Shown piece after piece: positions 52,417 through 62,934 of a DNA stretch of 64,000 nt. This DNA comes from Chloroflexota bacterium. GTDB taxonomy: Bacteria > Chloroflexota > UBA11872 > VXOZ01. The notes beneath the pieces were generated by a model that saw only the letters and a program-made list of their open reading frames with translations, was not told the origin of the DNA and ran no database searches. The position numbers were made by a program, and so were the translations under genes. The stretch lies in NCBI GenBank assembly GCA_963663275.1, contig OY760183.1:1344001-1408000 (forward strand), written 5' to 3'. Within the stretch, counting starts at the first letter, position 1, and each line of letters begins with the position of its first letter.

Positions 52417-53394
52417 ATGTCATACACCGTCGTGTTGGCCGATCCCATTCACGAGCAGGGGATTGCGATTCTGGAGCAAATCGCGACCGTGCGCCAGGCA
52501 AGTCAAGGCGGCGGCCGGCCGGTTACGGATCAGGTGCGCGACGCCCACGCCGTCGTAACACGCCTCACGAAAGTGACGCCTGAACTTATCGACGCGGCGC
52601 CGCATCTGCGCGCCATTTCGCGGCACGGGGTGGGCGTGGATAGCGTGGACGTAGACCACGCTACGGCGCGGGGCATTCCGGTGCTCTATACGCCCGCCGC
52701 CAACGCCGAATCCGTGGCGGAGCACACGCTGGGCCTGATGCTGGCGGTGAGCAAGATGATTCTGCTGGGCGACCGCGCCCAGCGCAACGGCGACTTCCAA
52801 TCGCGCACCCGGCTGATCGGCCTGGAACTCTATGGCAAGACGCTGGGCGTTGTGGGCGCGGGCCGCGTGGGCGGCCGGGTGGCGCGCATGTGCCGCGCCG
52901 CGCTGGACATGCGCGCGCTGGCGTACGATCCATACCTCGCGCCGGACGACGCCCGCCTGCGCGGCGTGGAGCCGGTTGCCGATCTCGCCATGCTGTTGCA
53001 GGAGGCGGACTACATCTCGCTGCACGCGCCGCTCACGGCGGAGACGCGCGGCCTCATCGGCCCGCGCGCGTTCAACCTGATGAAACCGACGGCCATCCTC
53101 ATCAACTGCGCCCGCGGCGGCATCGTGGACGAAGAGGCGCTGGCAACGGCGCTGCTGGAAGGCCAAATCGCCGGCGCCGCCATCGACGTCTGGCAGCAGG
53201 AGCCGCCGCCCCACGACCATCCCCTCTTCGGCCTGGAAAACGTCATCGTCAGCCCGCACATGGCCGCCCACACCGAGGAGGCGATGATTCGCATGGCGAC
53301 GACCCTGGCGCAGGACGTCACCCGTGTCTTGCAAGGGGAGCGGCCCCATTTCTGCGTCAACCCGGAAGTTCTCACGTCAAATAGAGGCGGATAG
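52417..53394 (+). CDS. D-isomer-specific 2-hydroxyacid dehydrogenase (SerA-like, no ACT domain)
   Basis: RHGVGVD, GAGRVG, LINCARG and SPHMAA. Confidence 0.9.
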   Translation: MSYTVVLADPIHEQGIAILEQIATVRQASQGGGRPVTDQVRDAHAVVTRLTKVTPELIDAAPHLRAISRHGVGVDSVDVDHATARGIPVLYTPAANAESVAEHTLGLMLAVSKMILLGDRAQRNGDFQSRTRLIGLELYGKTLGVVGAGRVGGRVARMCRAALDMRALAYDPYLAPDDARLRGVEPVADLAMLLQEADYISLHAPLTAETRGLIGPRAFNLMKPTAILINCARGGIVDEEALATALLEGQIAGAAIDVWQQEPPPHDHPLFGLENVIVSPHMAAHTEEAMIRMATTLAQDVTRVLQGERPHFCVNPEVLTSNRGG

Positions 53395-53412
53395 CCGGAG
53401 GAGCGGACGCTC

Positions 53413-54246
53413 GTGGCAGCAATCGAACAATTCGTCGGCGCCCTTTCGCGGATGCACGATCTAAAGGGTGAGGCCGTGGTGATCAAGATCGGGGGCAACG
53501 TGCTGCCTCATCGCGAGGCGTTCTGTGACGATGTTAGAGCATTGTGGCAAGCCGGCGTGTTCACCGTCATCGTGCACGGCGGCGGCAAGGCTGTGACGGA
53601 TATGGAAAAGACCCTGGGACGGGAAGCGTCGTTCGTCCAGGGCTTGCGAGTCACCGATGGCGACGCCCTGGAGCTCGTGCAAATGGTTCTGGCAGGCAAG
53701 GTGAACAGTGACCTGGTCGCCATGCTCAACGCCCGCGGCATCCGCGCTATCGGCCTGACCGGCGCGGACGGCGAGCTTTTCTCGGCCAAGCCGCGCAAGA
53801 AGCCGGCCGGGCTTGGCTTCGTGGGCGAAGTCGATGAGGTGAATGTAGCCACGTTCGTAACGCTGGGCGAAGCCGGATTCGTGCCCGTAATCGCGCCGCT
53901 CGGCATAACGGAAGAAGGCCAACTCCTCAACATCAACGCCGACACGGTGGCGGGCGAAATTGCCAAGGCGCTAGCGGCACGGCACTTCATGCTGCTCACC
54001 GACGTGCCGGGCGTGCAGGACAAGAGCGGTGAGGTGTTGCCCGAGCTCACGTCCGCCAAGGCGCTGAGCCTCATCCGCAACGGCACCATCAGCGGCGGCA
54101 TGATACCGAAAGTGACCGCCTGCCTGGACGCGCTGGAGGGTGTGCCCTGCGCCCACATCGTCGACGGCCGCGAACCCCACGCGGTGCTGCGTCAGTTGCT
54201 GACGTTGGAAACTGTCGGCACCCAGTTCTTCGCTAAAGGGCGGTAG
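53413..54246 (+). CDS. argB: Acetylglutamate kinase
   Basis: VIKIGG, VHGGG, GLRVTD, NINAD and GGMIPKV. Confidence 0.95.
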   Translation: MAAIEQFVGALSRMHDLKGEAVVIKIGGNVLPHREAFCDDVRALWQAGVFTVIVHGGGKAVTDMEKTLGREASFVQGLRVTDGDALELVQMVLAGKVNSDLVAMLNARGIRAIGLTGADGELFSAKPRKKPAGLGFVGEVDEVNVATFVTLGEAGFVPVIAPLGITEEGQLLNINADTVAGEIAKALAARHFMLLTDVPGVQDKSGEVLPELTSAKALSLIRNGTISGGMIPKVTACLDALEGVPCAHIVDGREPHAVLRQLLTLETVGTQFFAKGR

Positions 54247-54329
54247 GCGAGCAGAACCTCTTTCCCATGGCATCTTCCCTTGGGTGAGAGGAGCAAAAGG
54301 CCCCAATCGCTTCCTGGCGGAAAACCACA

Positions 54330-55097
54330 CTACAAACCGAACAGGCGCGCGGCGTTGTCCCGCGCAATCAGGCGGCGATCGCCGGCGCTGATGTTGGCGT
54401 GTTCGATTGCCAGTTTCGCGGCTTCGGGCACGTGGATCGGCAAATTCGAGCCGAAGAGCACGCGGTCGGCGCCCATCGCGGCGCAGAGTTTCTCGATGTC
54501 TCCCACCGGCCCTTGCACGCGCGAAATCTCTATGAAGAGGTTGCCGGTGTGCGCGGCTTGCGTCCAGACCGCGCTTTGCGCCGCGAACGTGCCGGCGGCA
54601 ATGAGAAAGCGCACGTCGGGATTGGCGGAGACCGCCGCCGCCAGTTGCGCGGCGGGCACGTCGGGAACCTTGATCAGCGGATGATGGTGGCGCGTGTCCT
54701 CGATGCCGGTGGTGAGAATCACGACGAAGCCTTGCGCGCGGGCCGTCTCCAAGACCGCCGCGCCCGCCGCTGAGTCCAGCGCGTACTGATGGTAATTCGG
54801 ATGCAGCCGCATCACGCGCATATCAAGGTCCCGCACACAGATGGCGAGGTCTTCTTCCCAGCCGGGGAAGGTCGGATTGATGGTGAACGCCGGCAGGAAG
54901 CGGTCCGCGTGGGCCTTCACTTGGTCGTGCAGTTGGCGGTTGCCGGCTAGCTGGTCTTTGTAGAAGACGTTTTCGAGCGGCGACACCACCGCCTTTTCGA
55001 TGCTGAGCGCGTCCATCTTGCCGAGCTGCGCGGTGGGCGTGGTATAGCGCAACGGGCGGAACGGCCAATTGCCCAGATAGGCGTTGGCGTCGATCAT
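54330..55097 (-). CDS. Amidohydrolase-family (Amidohydro_2) protein
   Basis: MIDANAYLG, LHPNYH, RVLFGSN and DNAARLF; ATGA overlap with the upstream gene. Confidence 0.85.
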   Translation of the reverse strand: MIDANAYLGNWPFRPLRYTTPTAQLGKMDALSIEKAVVSPLENVFYKDQLAGNRQLHDQVKAHADRFLPAFTINPTFPGWEEDLAICVRDLDMRVMRLHPNYHQYALDSAAGAAVLETARAQGFVVILTTGIEDTRHHHPLIKVPDVPAAQLAAAVSANPDVRFLIAAGTFAAQSAVWTQAAHTGNLFIEISRVQGPVGDIEKLCAAMGADRVLFGSNLPIHVPEAAKLAIEHANISAGDRRLIARDNAARLFGL

Positions 55098-55882
55098 GGC
55101 GCGCCTCCGTTCGCTTGCGCTTGGCGGGCGAAGAGCGCCTGCGCGTTGCGGTAGAGGATTTTCTGCCGTTCCTCCTCGTTCAGGTCCGCGCCGTAGACCT
55201 TGGCAAGCTGGGAGACCAGCGAGCGGCCCGGCGCGTCGCTGCCGAAGACGACGTGGTCGGCGGTCTCGTGCTCCACCAGGATTTCCACGTAGCCTTCGGT
55301 CGCTTCGCCGCCGCCCAGGTCCATGTAGACGTTGGGCAGGCCGCGGGCGCACTTGGCGCCGTATTCGTAGTCGCCGCCGCTGTGACCCCAGAAGAAGCTC
55401 ACGTCCGGGTGCCGCAACGCCAGTTCGCGCAGGTCCATGGGCGTGGATTCGCCGGGCAGGTTGCCGGTGACCTTGAACCACGTGTGCTGGAGCACCGGCA
55501 GTTTGTGTTCCGCGCAGAGGCGCATGATGGGGTCCAGGCGCGGGTCGTTGCAGCGCACTGCCACCCAGAGCTTGACGCCCTGCAAGCCCGCGCGCGCCGC
55601 CACCCGCTCCTCGAGTTCCCGGCAGGCGGACTCCTCGTGCGCCGGATTGAGGTACCACATGGGGATGATGCGCGCCGGATGGGCGTCCGCAAGTTCGGCG
55701 GTCCAGTCGTTGCAGCGCCTGATTTCGTCCTCGGTTGGGCTTTCGGACATGCCAGTACCGTCTTTGGGGGACAGGCTGTTCACGCAGAGCGTCACGTCGA
55801 GTTCTTCAGCTTGCTCCAGCAGGTAGGCAAAGCCCGCCGGGTCGGGCCCCAGCCGCGAATGGACGTGCACGTCGATGATCAT
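55094..55882 (-). CDS. Amidohydrolase-family (Amidohydro_2) protein
   Basis: IIDVHVH, GVKL, LQH, GHSGG and VFGSD. Confidence 0.88.
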   Translation of the reverse strand: MIIDVHVHSRLGPDPAGFAYLLEQAEELDVTLCVNSLSPKDGTGMSESPTEDEIRRCNDWTAELADAHPARIIPMWYLNPAHEESACRELEERVAARAGLQGVKLWVAVRCNDPRLDPIMRLCAEHKLPVLQHTWFKVTGNLPGESTPMDLRELALRHPDVSFFWGHSGGDYEYGAKCARGLPNVYMDLGGGEATEGYVEILVEHETADHVVFGSDAPGRSLVSQLAKVYGADLNEEERQKILYRNAQALFARQAQANGGAP

Positions 55883-55969
55883 GGAAATGGCCCTCTCAGC
55901 CCTTTAGCGGAGCACTCACTGGCGATTATACACCTCAAGCACAATCGGGTAGCCATACCGAAGTCCTCA

Positions 55970-57208
55970 TCAACCGGCTGCGCTCTTATCGGGCGCGCGG
56001 TGGTAACCCCGCGCCACCAGCATCGCCAGTAAGAACATGGGAATGGTGACCCCGACGCAAACGATGAACGGCAGCCGCAGGAAGACCGACACCAGCGCGC
56101 CGGAGATGAGCGTGCCCGCCAGGATGCCCACGGCCCAGAAGAACTCCGTAATGGCGATCAGGCGTCCTTGCTCCTCCAGCGGGCCGGCCTCCACCACCAG
56201 CTTCGGATAGAGCCCGGAGAACCACCACGCGCCCATGTTGGCCAGCAAGCCGCTGGCGGCCAGCGCCCACACGTTGTCGATGAAGAGCGTAATGAGCACG
56301 GCGCCGCTCAATACGAACACCGCGGCCAAGCGCACGGGCTGTTCGCGGCCGTGCTTGTCCGCCGCCCAGCCGATGACAAGCTGGGTCGGCCCGATGATGA
56401 ACAAGATCGCGCTGCCGTACAGCCCCACGAACGTAACCGAATCCGTGAGCCGGAAGATCTGCAGCACCAGGAGCAAATTCATCGTGCCGTAGAAGTACGT
56501 GGCGCTGAAGCGCAGGCCGCAGAGGGCGAGAATGCGCGAATCGCGCAGCATGCCCAGGTAATCCGAGAACGCCGCCTTGCTCGCCGATGCATCTTCACCG
56601 GACTCCGGTTCCTTCGGTTCGACTTGGACGGAAGGCAGCAACCAAGCGGTCAGAGGCACGAGCACGAGACCGGCAACGATGGCAACCAGGCCCAACACGG
56701 AAAACCCGGCCGTGTCGGCAATTCTGCCGCCTATAGCGCTGCCCACCGCCATGGAAATGGTAAGGCACAAGAAATAGAAGGCGCCGCCAATTCCCATCTG
56801 CGCCAAGGGCAACGCGCGCGCGAGATACGTGCGGCTGCCGATGGTCATGAATGAGAAGAGCAATCCGTAGATTGGCGCGATGGCCAGCAGCCACCACGGC
56901 GACTGCAAGCGCAGCATGAGCCCCACCGCAATTGCCCCGCAGAACCCCAGCACCAGCGTCCACTTGGCGCCCAGCCGGTCGGCCGACACGCCGCCGACCA
57001 GCAGCATGATCCCATAGATGACCGTATGCAGCGAGAGGACGAGCGCGGTGAAGAACGGCGGGCGCTCCAACACTTTTTCCACAAAGACCGGTATCAGGCC
57101 CTGCGCCGGGCTCATGAAGGTCAGGTTGAGAAAGAGGAGACCGAACATGATCAGGACCGAACGCCACGAAGCGAACTGTCCCATGCGCGCGCGCAACCTG
57201 GCAACCAT
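55970..57208 (-). CDS. MFS transporter
   Basis: About 12 TM helices; GVSADRLG and GWAADKHGR motif A; start uncertain. Confidence 0.85.
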   Translation of the reverse strand: MVARLRARMGQFASWRSVLIMFGLLFLNLTFMSPAQGLIPVFVEKVLERPPFFTALVLSLHTVIYGIMLLVGGVSADRLGAKWTLVLGFCGAIAVGLMLRLQSPWWLLAIAPIYGLLFSFMTIGSRTYLARALPLAQMGIGGAFYFLCLTISMAVGSAIGGRIADTAGFSVLGLVAIVAGLVLVPLTAWLLPSVQVEPKEPESGEDASASKAAFSDYLGMLRDSRILALCGLRFSATYFYGTMNLLLVLQIFRLTDSVTFVGLYGSAILFIIGPTQLVIGWAADKHGREQPVRLAAVFVLSGAVLITLFIDNVWALAASGLLANMGAWWFSGLYPKLVVEAGPLEEQGRLIAITEFFWAVGILAGTLISGALVSVFLRLPFIVCVGVTIPMFLLAMLVARGYHRAPDKSAAG

Positions 57209-57255
57209 ACGCTGTACCTGCTTTCTGTTCCTGCGGGATGTCTTCCTCTGGTACG

Positions 57256-58575
57256 TTACGCGGTCTCGCGGGCCGCGGCCGGCGCGCCGGACACGGCCCG
57301 GTGCCCGCCGCGCGCCACAAGCATGGCAATGAAGAGCGTGGGGATGTTCAGCCACGCCGCCGCCAGGAACGGGCCGCTCAGGTGGAGGGTCAGGAGCGCC
57401 CCGGCGCCCAGAGCGCCCACCACCGCGCCAATGTTCCATGCCATTTCGGTGATGGCGACGAGGCGGCCTTGTTCATCGTGCGCGCCGCTTTCAGCGACCA
57501 GGAGCGGAAAGAGGCCGGAGAGCCACCACGCGCCCAAGTGCCCCACGAAAGCGCTGCAGACAAGCCCCCAGGCATGGTTGACGAAGATGGCCGCCAATAC
57601 CGCTCCGATGATGACGAGCACGGTAGACACCAAAACCGGCCGGCCGCTGCCCCACCGGTCCGCGGCCCAGCCTACCGGCATCATGGTGGTACCGATTGCC
57701 AGCAGGCTGACCGCGTAGAAGAGCGCCGGCGCTACGGGAGATCCGGTCAAGCGCAGGAGTTGGATGCCAATCACCAGTTGCCCGGTGGCCCAATAGATCG
57801 TCGGCAGGCCCCGGAGCAGAATCAAGAGTTGCACTGAGCGCCGCCGCGCCAAGTGCCAATAGCTGCCCAGGGTGACGGGAGCGGCGCTTACCTCCTTTGG
57901 CGCGACCGGCGGCAGCCAGATATGCGCGGCGATTGCGGTGACTATGCCCATAACGACGATGATTGCGCCGGCCAGAGGGAAACCGGAGCGCGCGGCGACA
58001 AAGCCAACGGCGGCGTTGCCGATGGCCGCGCCCAACGTAAAGCCAAGCTCATAGAGATTGCCGAGCAGTCCCATGCGCTTGAGCGGCACGGCCAGCACGA
58101 GATACGCCCGGCTGCCGGCCGCGTGGAATGCGAAGAACGTGCCGGTGAGGGCGGCAACGAGCGCCAGCAGCCAGACTTCCTGCGCTATGAGCAGGAAACC
58201 GGCAATGGCGGGCGTGAGCAACCCGATGATGAAGGTGCGCTTGGGACGGAACCGGTCGGCCAGAAAGCCGCCCAGCAACAGCATGGCCGCGAAGACGATG
58301 TGGAACGTGGATTGCACAATTGAGGTGACGATTGGCGCCGCGGCCAGTTCGCTCTCGACGTAGACCGGCAGTTGCGCCCGCGGCGGGTTGCCGGCCCCGA
58401 CGTTGAAGAAGAGGATGGCAAAGAACGCGGCCATCGCGATGAAGGAGAGGGAGTAGGCGTGGGCGGACGACGGCTTGCGCGCGGATGTCGAATCCCGCGC
58501 GGAAGACGGCGCCCCGGGCGCGGCGCGCTGCGCTGGATCGGTCGGTGCGGGCTGGGTTGGTTGAAAACGCTGCAT
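57256..58575 (-). CDS. MFS transporter (paralogue of the neighbour)
   Basis: GFLADRF, GWAADRWG and a shared EQGRL.AITE; start uncertain. Confidence 0.85.
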   Translation of the reverse strand: MQRFQPTQPAPTDPAQRAAPGAPSSARDSTSARKPSSAHAYSLSFIAMAAFFAILFFNVGAGNPPRAQLPVYVESELAAAPIVTSIVQSTFHIVFAAMLLLGGFLADRFRPKRTFIIGLLTPAIAGFLLIAQEVWLLALVAALTGTFFAFHAAGSRAYLVLAVPLKRMGLLGNLYELGFTLGAAIGNAAVGFVAARSGFPLAGAIIVVMGIVTAIAAHIWLPPVAPKEVSAAPVTLGSYWHLARRRSVQLLILLRGLPTIYWATGQLVIGIQLLRLTGSPVAPALFYAVSLLAIGTTMMPVGWAADRWGSGRPVLVSTVLVIIGAVLAAIFVNHAWGLVCSAFVGHLGAWWLSGLFPLLVAESGAHDEQGRLVAITEMAWNIGAVVGALGAGALLTLHLSGPFLAAAWLNIPTLFIAMLVARGGHRAVSGAPAAARETA

Positions 58576-58783
58576 TGAGCGCAAGTGTACCTGTCTAACC
58601 GGCTGCGGGCAAGTAACGGCGGCGAGCGAGTTTCGGCGGAGACAGGTGCTTTGCGCGAGTGGATTGGCCCGCGGCCGCTGTGCGCCATCGGTAATGCGGC
58701 AGAGCGGAGCGGGAATGCCCGCGGCCGCTGTGCGCCATCGGTAACTCGTCAGAGCGGAGCGGGTATGCTTGCGGCACGGGCGT

Positions 58784-59668
58784 CTACGGCGGCGCTTCCG
58801 CCCGCGCCTCGTGGGCTTCGGAGACGATTGCGTCCAACGCCGGCGGCAACGCGGCGGCATAACGGAGGGAGAAGATCCGGGCCAGATGGCACGCCACACG
58901 GGCTTTCAGATCATCCATGTCGGTGGCGCTCGCTGAGTGAGCCGGCGCCGGCTCAGGCGCTGCGGCAGAATCGTTTACTAAGGAAGACTCCTGTGCGACA
59001 GACGACTGCGGAGCGACGGACGACTGGTGTGCAACGGACGACTCCTGTGAAACAGATGACTCCTGTAAGATGGAAGACTCCTGTGCAACAGACGTCATCG
59101 TAACCGCCGGCAGGCCGCAGGGCACGATGTGGGAGAAGTAGCTGAGGTCGGTGGTGACGTTCAGGGCAAAGCCGTGGCTGGTGATCCAGCGGCTGAAGCG
59201 CACCCCGATCGAGGCGATCTTACGGTCGCCAACCCAGACGCCGGTCTTGCCGGCCGCGCGCCGGGCGGGAATGCCGCTCTCCCGCAGCGCGTCGATGAGC
59301 GCCTGTTCGAGGCCGCGTAGGTAGCGGTGCACGTCCCGGTCGCGCCGCCGCAGATCCAGGATGGGATAGCCCACCAGTTGCCCCGGTCCGTGATAGGTGG
59401 CTTGCCCGCCGCGGTCCACCTCCACCACGGTCGCCCCCAGCGCCGCCAGACGCTCCGGCGGCGTTAGCACCTCGTTCTCGTTCCCCCGGCGGCCAATGGT
59501 AAACGTGTGCGGGTGCTCCAGCAGCAGCAGCACGTCGGGAATCACGTCCGCCTGCCGCGCCTCGACCAGACGCCGCTGCAACGCCCACGCCGCGCGGTAC
59601 GGCACGATACCCAGGTCTACCAGGGCGCAGGGATGGCGCTGCGACGCGCCCGTTTCGGCGCTCACCAT
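58784..59668 (-). CDS. lipB: Lipoyl(octanoyl) transferase with a repeat insertion
   Basis: LLEHPHTFTIG, RGGQATYHGPGQLVGY, KIASIG, HGFALN and IVPCG. Confidence 0.95.
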   Translation of the reverse strand: MVSAETGASQRHPCALVDLGIVPYRAAWALQRRLVEARQADVIPDVLLLLEHPHTFTIGRRGNENEVLTPPERLAALGATVVEVDRGGQATYHGPGQLVGYPILDLRRRDRDVHRYLRGLEQALIDALRESGIPARRAAGKTGVWVGDRKIASIGVRFSRWITSHGFALNVTTDLSYFSHIVPCGLPAVTMTSVAQESSILQESSVSQESSVAHQSSVAPQSSVAQESSLVNDSAAAPEPAPAHSASATDMDDLKARVACHLARIFSLRYAAALPPALDAIVSEAHEARAEAPP

Positions 59669-59994
59669 TGGCGCTCCTCAAGCGCTGCGACCAGCGCGGG
59701 CACATGGTGCGTAACCGCCTGCCAAACGAGGTCTTTGTCAACGTAAGGGTCGACTTGCGCCAGTCTGTTGCGCATGTTGTCAATGTCCAGCCACGGGATA
59801 GCGGGATTCTCTTGGCGTGTTTCGGGTGAAACGTGCCGCGTGACCTCGCCTATGGTGTGCAAACAGTGCACGAGGGCGCGCGCCAACATGCGATTCGAAT
59901 CTAAATCCTCGCGCGTAGCGCCTTGGCAGAATTCGAGCGCTTCTTGCGCCACTTCCAGCATGTACCGTAGTCGCAAGTTGTCACGAATGTTCAT
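59662..59994 (-). CDS. HepT-like HEPN (DUF86) protein with degenerate active site
   Basis: IGE...IPW...MRNRLAQ...VDKDLVW pattern; overlaps the MNT gene. Confidence 0.85.
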   Translation of the reverse strand: MNIRDNLRLRYMLEVAQEALEFCQGATREDLDSNRMLARALVHCLHTIGEVTRHVSPETRQENPAIPWLDIDNMRNRLAQVDPYVDKDLVWQAVTHHVPALVAALEERQW

Positions 59995-60304
59995 AGACCG
60001 GGTATGCCGAATTCACCACTTCGTCACGAAAGTACGGGGAAAGTCCGAGCGGAGTGCGTATGTCTACCTCCCGCCCACCAAAGAGCGGCGAAAGCTCCCG
60101 CACGACCCGCGCCAGCGTGAAGTAGCCCGGCGTCCGCCCCGCCTCAAACTCCACCAGCACGTCAACGTCGCTGTCGGCCGAAAAATCCTCGCGCAGCACG
60201 GAGCCAAACAGCGCCAACGTGCGAATGTGATACCGCCGGCAGACTGCGGCGATCCGCTCTCGCGGCACGGGAATCTGTGGTGTGGCCTGTATCTGCTTCG
60301 CCAA
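59981..60304 (-). CDS. MntA-like minimal nucleotidyltransferase antitoxin
   Basis: LFGSVLREDF..DSDVDVLVEF and GREVD; TTG start. Confidence 0.9.
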   Translation of the reverse strand: MAKQIQATPQIPVPRERIAAVCRRYHIRTLALFGSVLREDFSADSDVDVLVEFEAGRTPGYFTLARVVRELSPLFGGREVDIRTPLGLSPYFRDEVVNSAYPVYEHS

Positions 60305-60535
60305 GATTGATTCCTCTCATGCCTCCGGAATACCGTCGCTTGTGTTCAAACCTGCGGCGCCTTACGCAAATCGGGCGCCAGTCCTGCCGTCGGCACATCC
60401 TACACTGGACAAGTGCACTCCTTCTCATTATCGCATGACACACAAACGTGGTGTCTCCCGCGTGCCAAGTATGGATTGCAGCGCAAGAGCGAAACCGGGA
60501 GGCAACCGTATGGGGCTGGAGGCGATAGTCTAGCT

Positions 60536-61285
60536 TCACTGAGTCGGCTTGCGCCCAACGACAAGCAAGCGGTCGGCTGCAAGATCGTAGGGTGCCCCGT
60601 CCATGCTGCCGTAGAGCCGCACGTCTCGAAAGCCGGCGGCGGCAAAACGGTCTTTGAGTTCCTGGCCGGAGTAGACCGTGTGGTGGATGGTGTAGACGCG
60701 CACGTCGTCGCCCCGGATGAGCGTCCACTCCATGCGCACGCGCGTCCAATCGTCGTAGACCCCGCGGCGGTCGATAATCACCGTGCCGTCCGGGTACTTG
60801 CGGGAACTCGCGGGCTTGAACCCGCGCGCCAGCAGTTCCTTGCCCACCACGTCCATCACCAGCGCGCCGCCCGGCCGCAGGCTGGCGTAGACGTTGCGCA
60901 ACACCGCTATGTCTTCATCTTTGTCGTCGAAATAGCCGAACGACGTGAACATGCTGAGGGCCAGGTCGAACGCGCCGGGCCGTACAAACGAACGCATGTC
61001 GTCTCGCACCCACTCTACGTGCGCGTTCTCCGCGGCTGCTCGTTCCCTTGCTTGAGCGAGAAAGAACGCCGTCCGGTCTACGCCGGTGACGCGAAAGCCG
61101 CGCCGGGCAAGGGGAATGGCGAAACGGCCCGGCCCGCAACAAAGGTCGAGAACCGACCGCGGCCTTGTACCCACCAACGCCAGTAGCGGTTCAACCTCGG
61201 CCTCAGCGGCGGCAGTTCTCGATGGAGAGAACATGTATGGGTACGTCTCAACCCAGAGAGATTCGTCTTCGAACCATTGCGTCAT
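60536..61285 (-). CDS. Class I SAM-dependent methyltransferase
   Basis: VLDLCCGPGR, DDMR and FTSFGYF; ATG 61285. Confidence 0.9.
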   Translation of the reverse strand: MTQWFEDESLWVETYPYMFSPSRTAAAEAEVEPLLALVGTRPRSVLDLCCGPGRFAIPLARRGFRVTGVDRTAFFLAQARERAAAENAHVEWVRDDMRSFVRPGAFDLALSMFTSFGYFDDKDEDIAVLRNVYASLRPGGALVMDVVGKELLARGFKPASSRKYPDGTVIIDRRGVYDDWTRVRMEWTLIRGDDVRVYTIHHTVYSGQELKDRFAAAGFRDVRLYGSMDGAPYDLAADRLLVVGRKPTQ

Positions 61286-61352
61286 GGTGTCCCGCCGGTA
61301 TTGGTGACTGCCTTGCCAAGGATAGTGTTTAGGTCGCGCGCCAGGAGGCGGG

Positions 61353-61630
61353 GGACGGCCCCAATGCTGTCGCGTAAAAGTAGCGCGGGGGCTTGTCCCC
61401 CGCCGGAGCAAGCAAAATGAGAACGGAATGGATTTACCCTACGGAAGACGCAGGTTTGTAACCTGCGCTACCGGAGAAACGAGCGTAGTTTTCATTCTCA
61501 TCGCGTTTAATGCGACAACATTAGGGGACGGCCCCCGCGCTACGGTAGCTTAGGTCGCGTGGCCAGGAGCGGGGGACAAGCCCCCGCGCTACGTTAGCAA
61601 GTTCTTTGGGAACAAGCCATCGCGCTACGT
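61353..61630. repeat. REP cluster including composite unit copy 3 (61380-61543)
   Basis: Reverse complement of 16401-16562, flanked by further ggggacaagcccccgcgctac units. Confidence 0.8.
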
Positions 61631-61812
61631 CTCAGCTATAGCTGAGTGGAACAGGATGATGGTATTGAAGAGCGTACGCTCCAGGTTCCACGAACCCTGC
61701 TCGCCGCTGCATCCGGAATGACATGCTGTAGGCAGTGCCCCGCCTGAGCCTTCTCAAATCCCCAAAGAGTCTATGGTGAAGCGTACCAAATCCAATCCGA
61801 GTTGAAGCATTC

Positions 61813-62691
61813 CTACTCGGCCTTGTCGTGCAAAGTCTCCACCTGGTCGCGGGCGTGGTAGGAGGAGCGGACGAGGGGGCCGGATTCGACGTGGCGGATG
61901 CCGAGGGATTCGCCGATTTCTTTCAGTTCGGCGAACTCTGCCGGGCGGTAGTAGCGTTCCAGTTTCTGGTGTTTCTTGGAGGGGCGCAGGTACTGGCCGA
62001 TGGTGAAGATGTCCACGCCGGTGGCGGCCATGTCGGTGAGGGTTTGCAGGATTTCGTCCCAGGTCTCGCCCAGGCCGAGCATCATGCCGGACTTGGTGAG
62101 GATTTCCGGGTCGAGTTGCTTGGCAGTGCGGAGCACCCAGTGGCTGCGCTCGTAGCGGGCTTTGGGGCGCACGCGGCGTTGCAGGCGGGGAACGGTCTCC
62201 ACGTTGTGGTTGAGGATCTCCGGCTTGGCGGCCACCACCTCTTTGAGCGCGTCGTGCCGGCCGGCCAGGTCGGGAATGAGCACCTCGATGGAGCAGTCCG
62301 GGTTGAGGTCACGCACCTTGCGGATCGTCTCGGCAAAGATCTGCGCGCCGCCGTCTTCCAGGTCGTCGCGGGCCACGGAGGTAATCACCGCGTGGCGCAA
62401 TCCCATCTGCTTCACGGCCCAGGCCACGCGGATGGGTTCGATCTTGTCCAGACCGGCGGGTCGTCCGCTCTTCACCGCGCAGAAGCTACACGCGCGGGTG
62501 CAGGTATCGCCCAGAATCATGAAGGTGGCGGTGCGCGCGTTCCAACACTCGCTGATGTTCGGACAGCGCGCCTCTTCGCAGACTGTGTGCAGGTCCATGC
62601 CGCGCATGATCTGCTTCAGTTCGCGGTACTGGTCGCCCTCTTTCCAACGGACGCGGATCCAGTCGGGCTTGCGTTCCAGGGTCGTGGCCAT
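61813..62691 (-). CDS. lipA: Lipoyl synthase
   Basis: [20 protein letters not shown] and RSSY. Confidence 0.97.
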   Translation of the reverse strand: MATTLERKPDWIRVRWKEGDQYRELKQIMRGMDLHTVCEEARCPNISECWNARTATFMILGDTCTRACSFCAVKSGRPAGLDKIEPIRVAWAVKQMGLRHAVITSVARDDLEDGGAQIFAETIRKVRDLNPDCSIEVLIPDLAGRHDALKEVVAAKPEILNHNVETVPRLQRRVRPKARYERSHWVLRTAKQLDPEILTKSGMMLGLGETWDEILQTLTDMAATGVDIFTIGQYLRPSKKHQKLERYYRPAEFAELKEIGESLGIRHVESGPLVRSSYHARDQVETLHDKAE

Positions 62692-62934
62692 GGGGTTCGT
62701 TCTTTGCGGGTTGCGCGCTGCGCTTATCGAAAACTCTCACTCAGAATAGCACGATCGGCTTGCGCGCGCCTGTAGACAATGCCGCTCAGGCACTTGATCA
62801 TTGAACACTGGATGTCTGTGCTACTGCCCCCTCACCCGTCCGCCACGTGTCCCCACCCACCGTCCGTATCTTGACCAAACGAGTGAATTGCCCTATATTT
62901 CAACCTAAGTCGAAAGGGACAAGGAGTCCGTGCA

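Noticed and set aside
58667-58745. 28-bp direct repeat gcccgcggccgctgtgcgccatcggtaa x2
   Set aside because: Only two copies in an intergenic gap, with no evidence of function.
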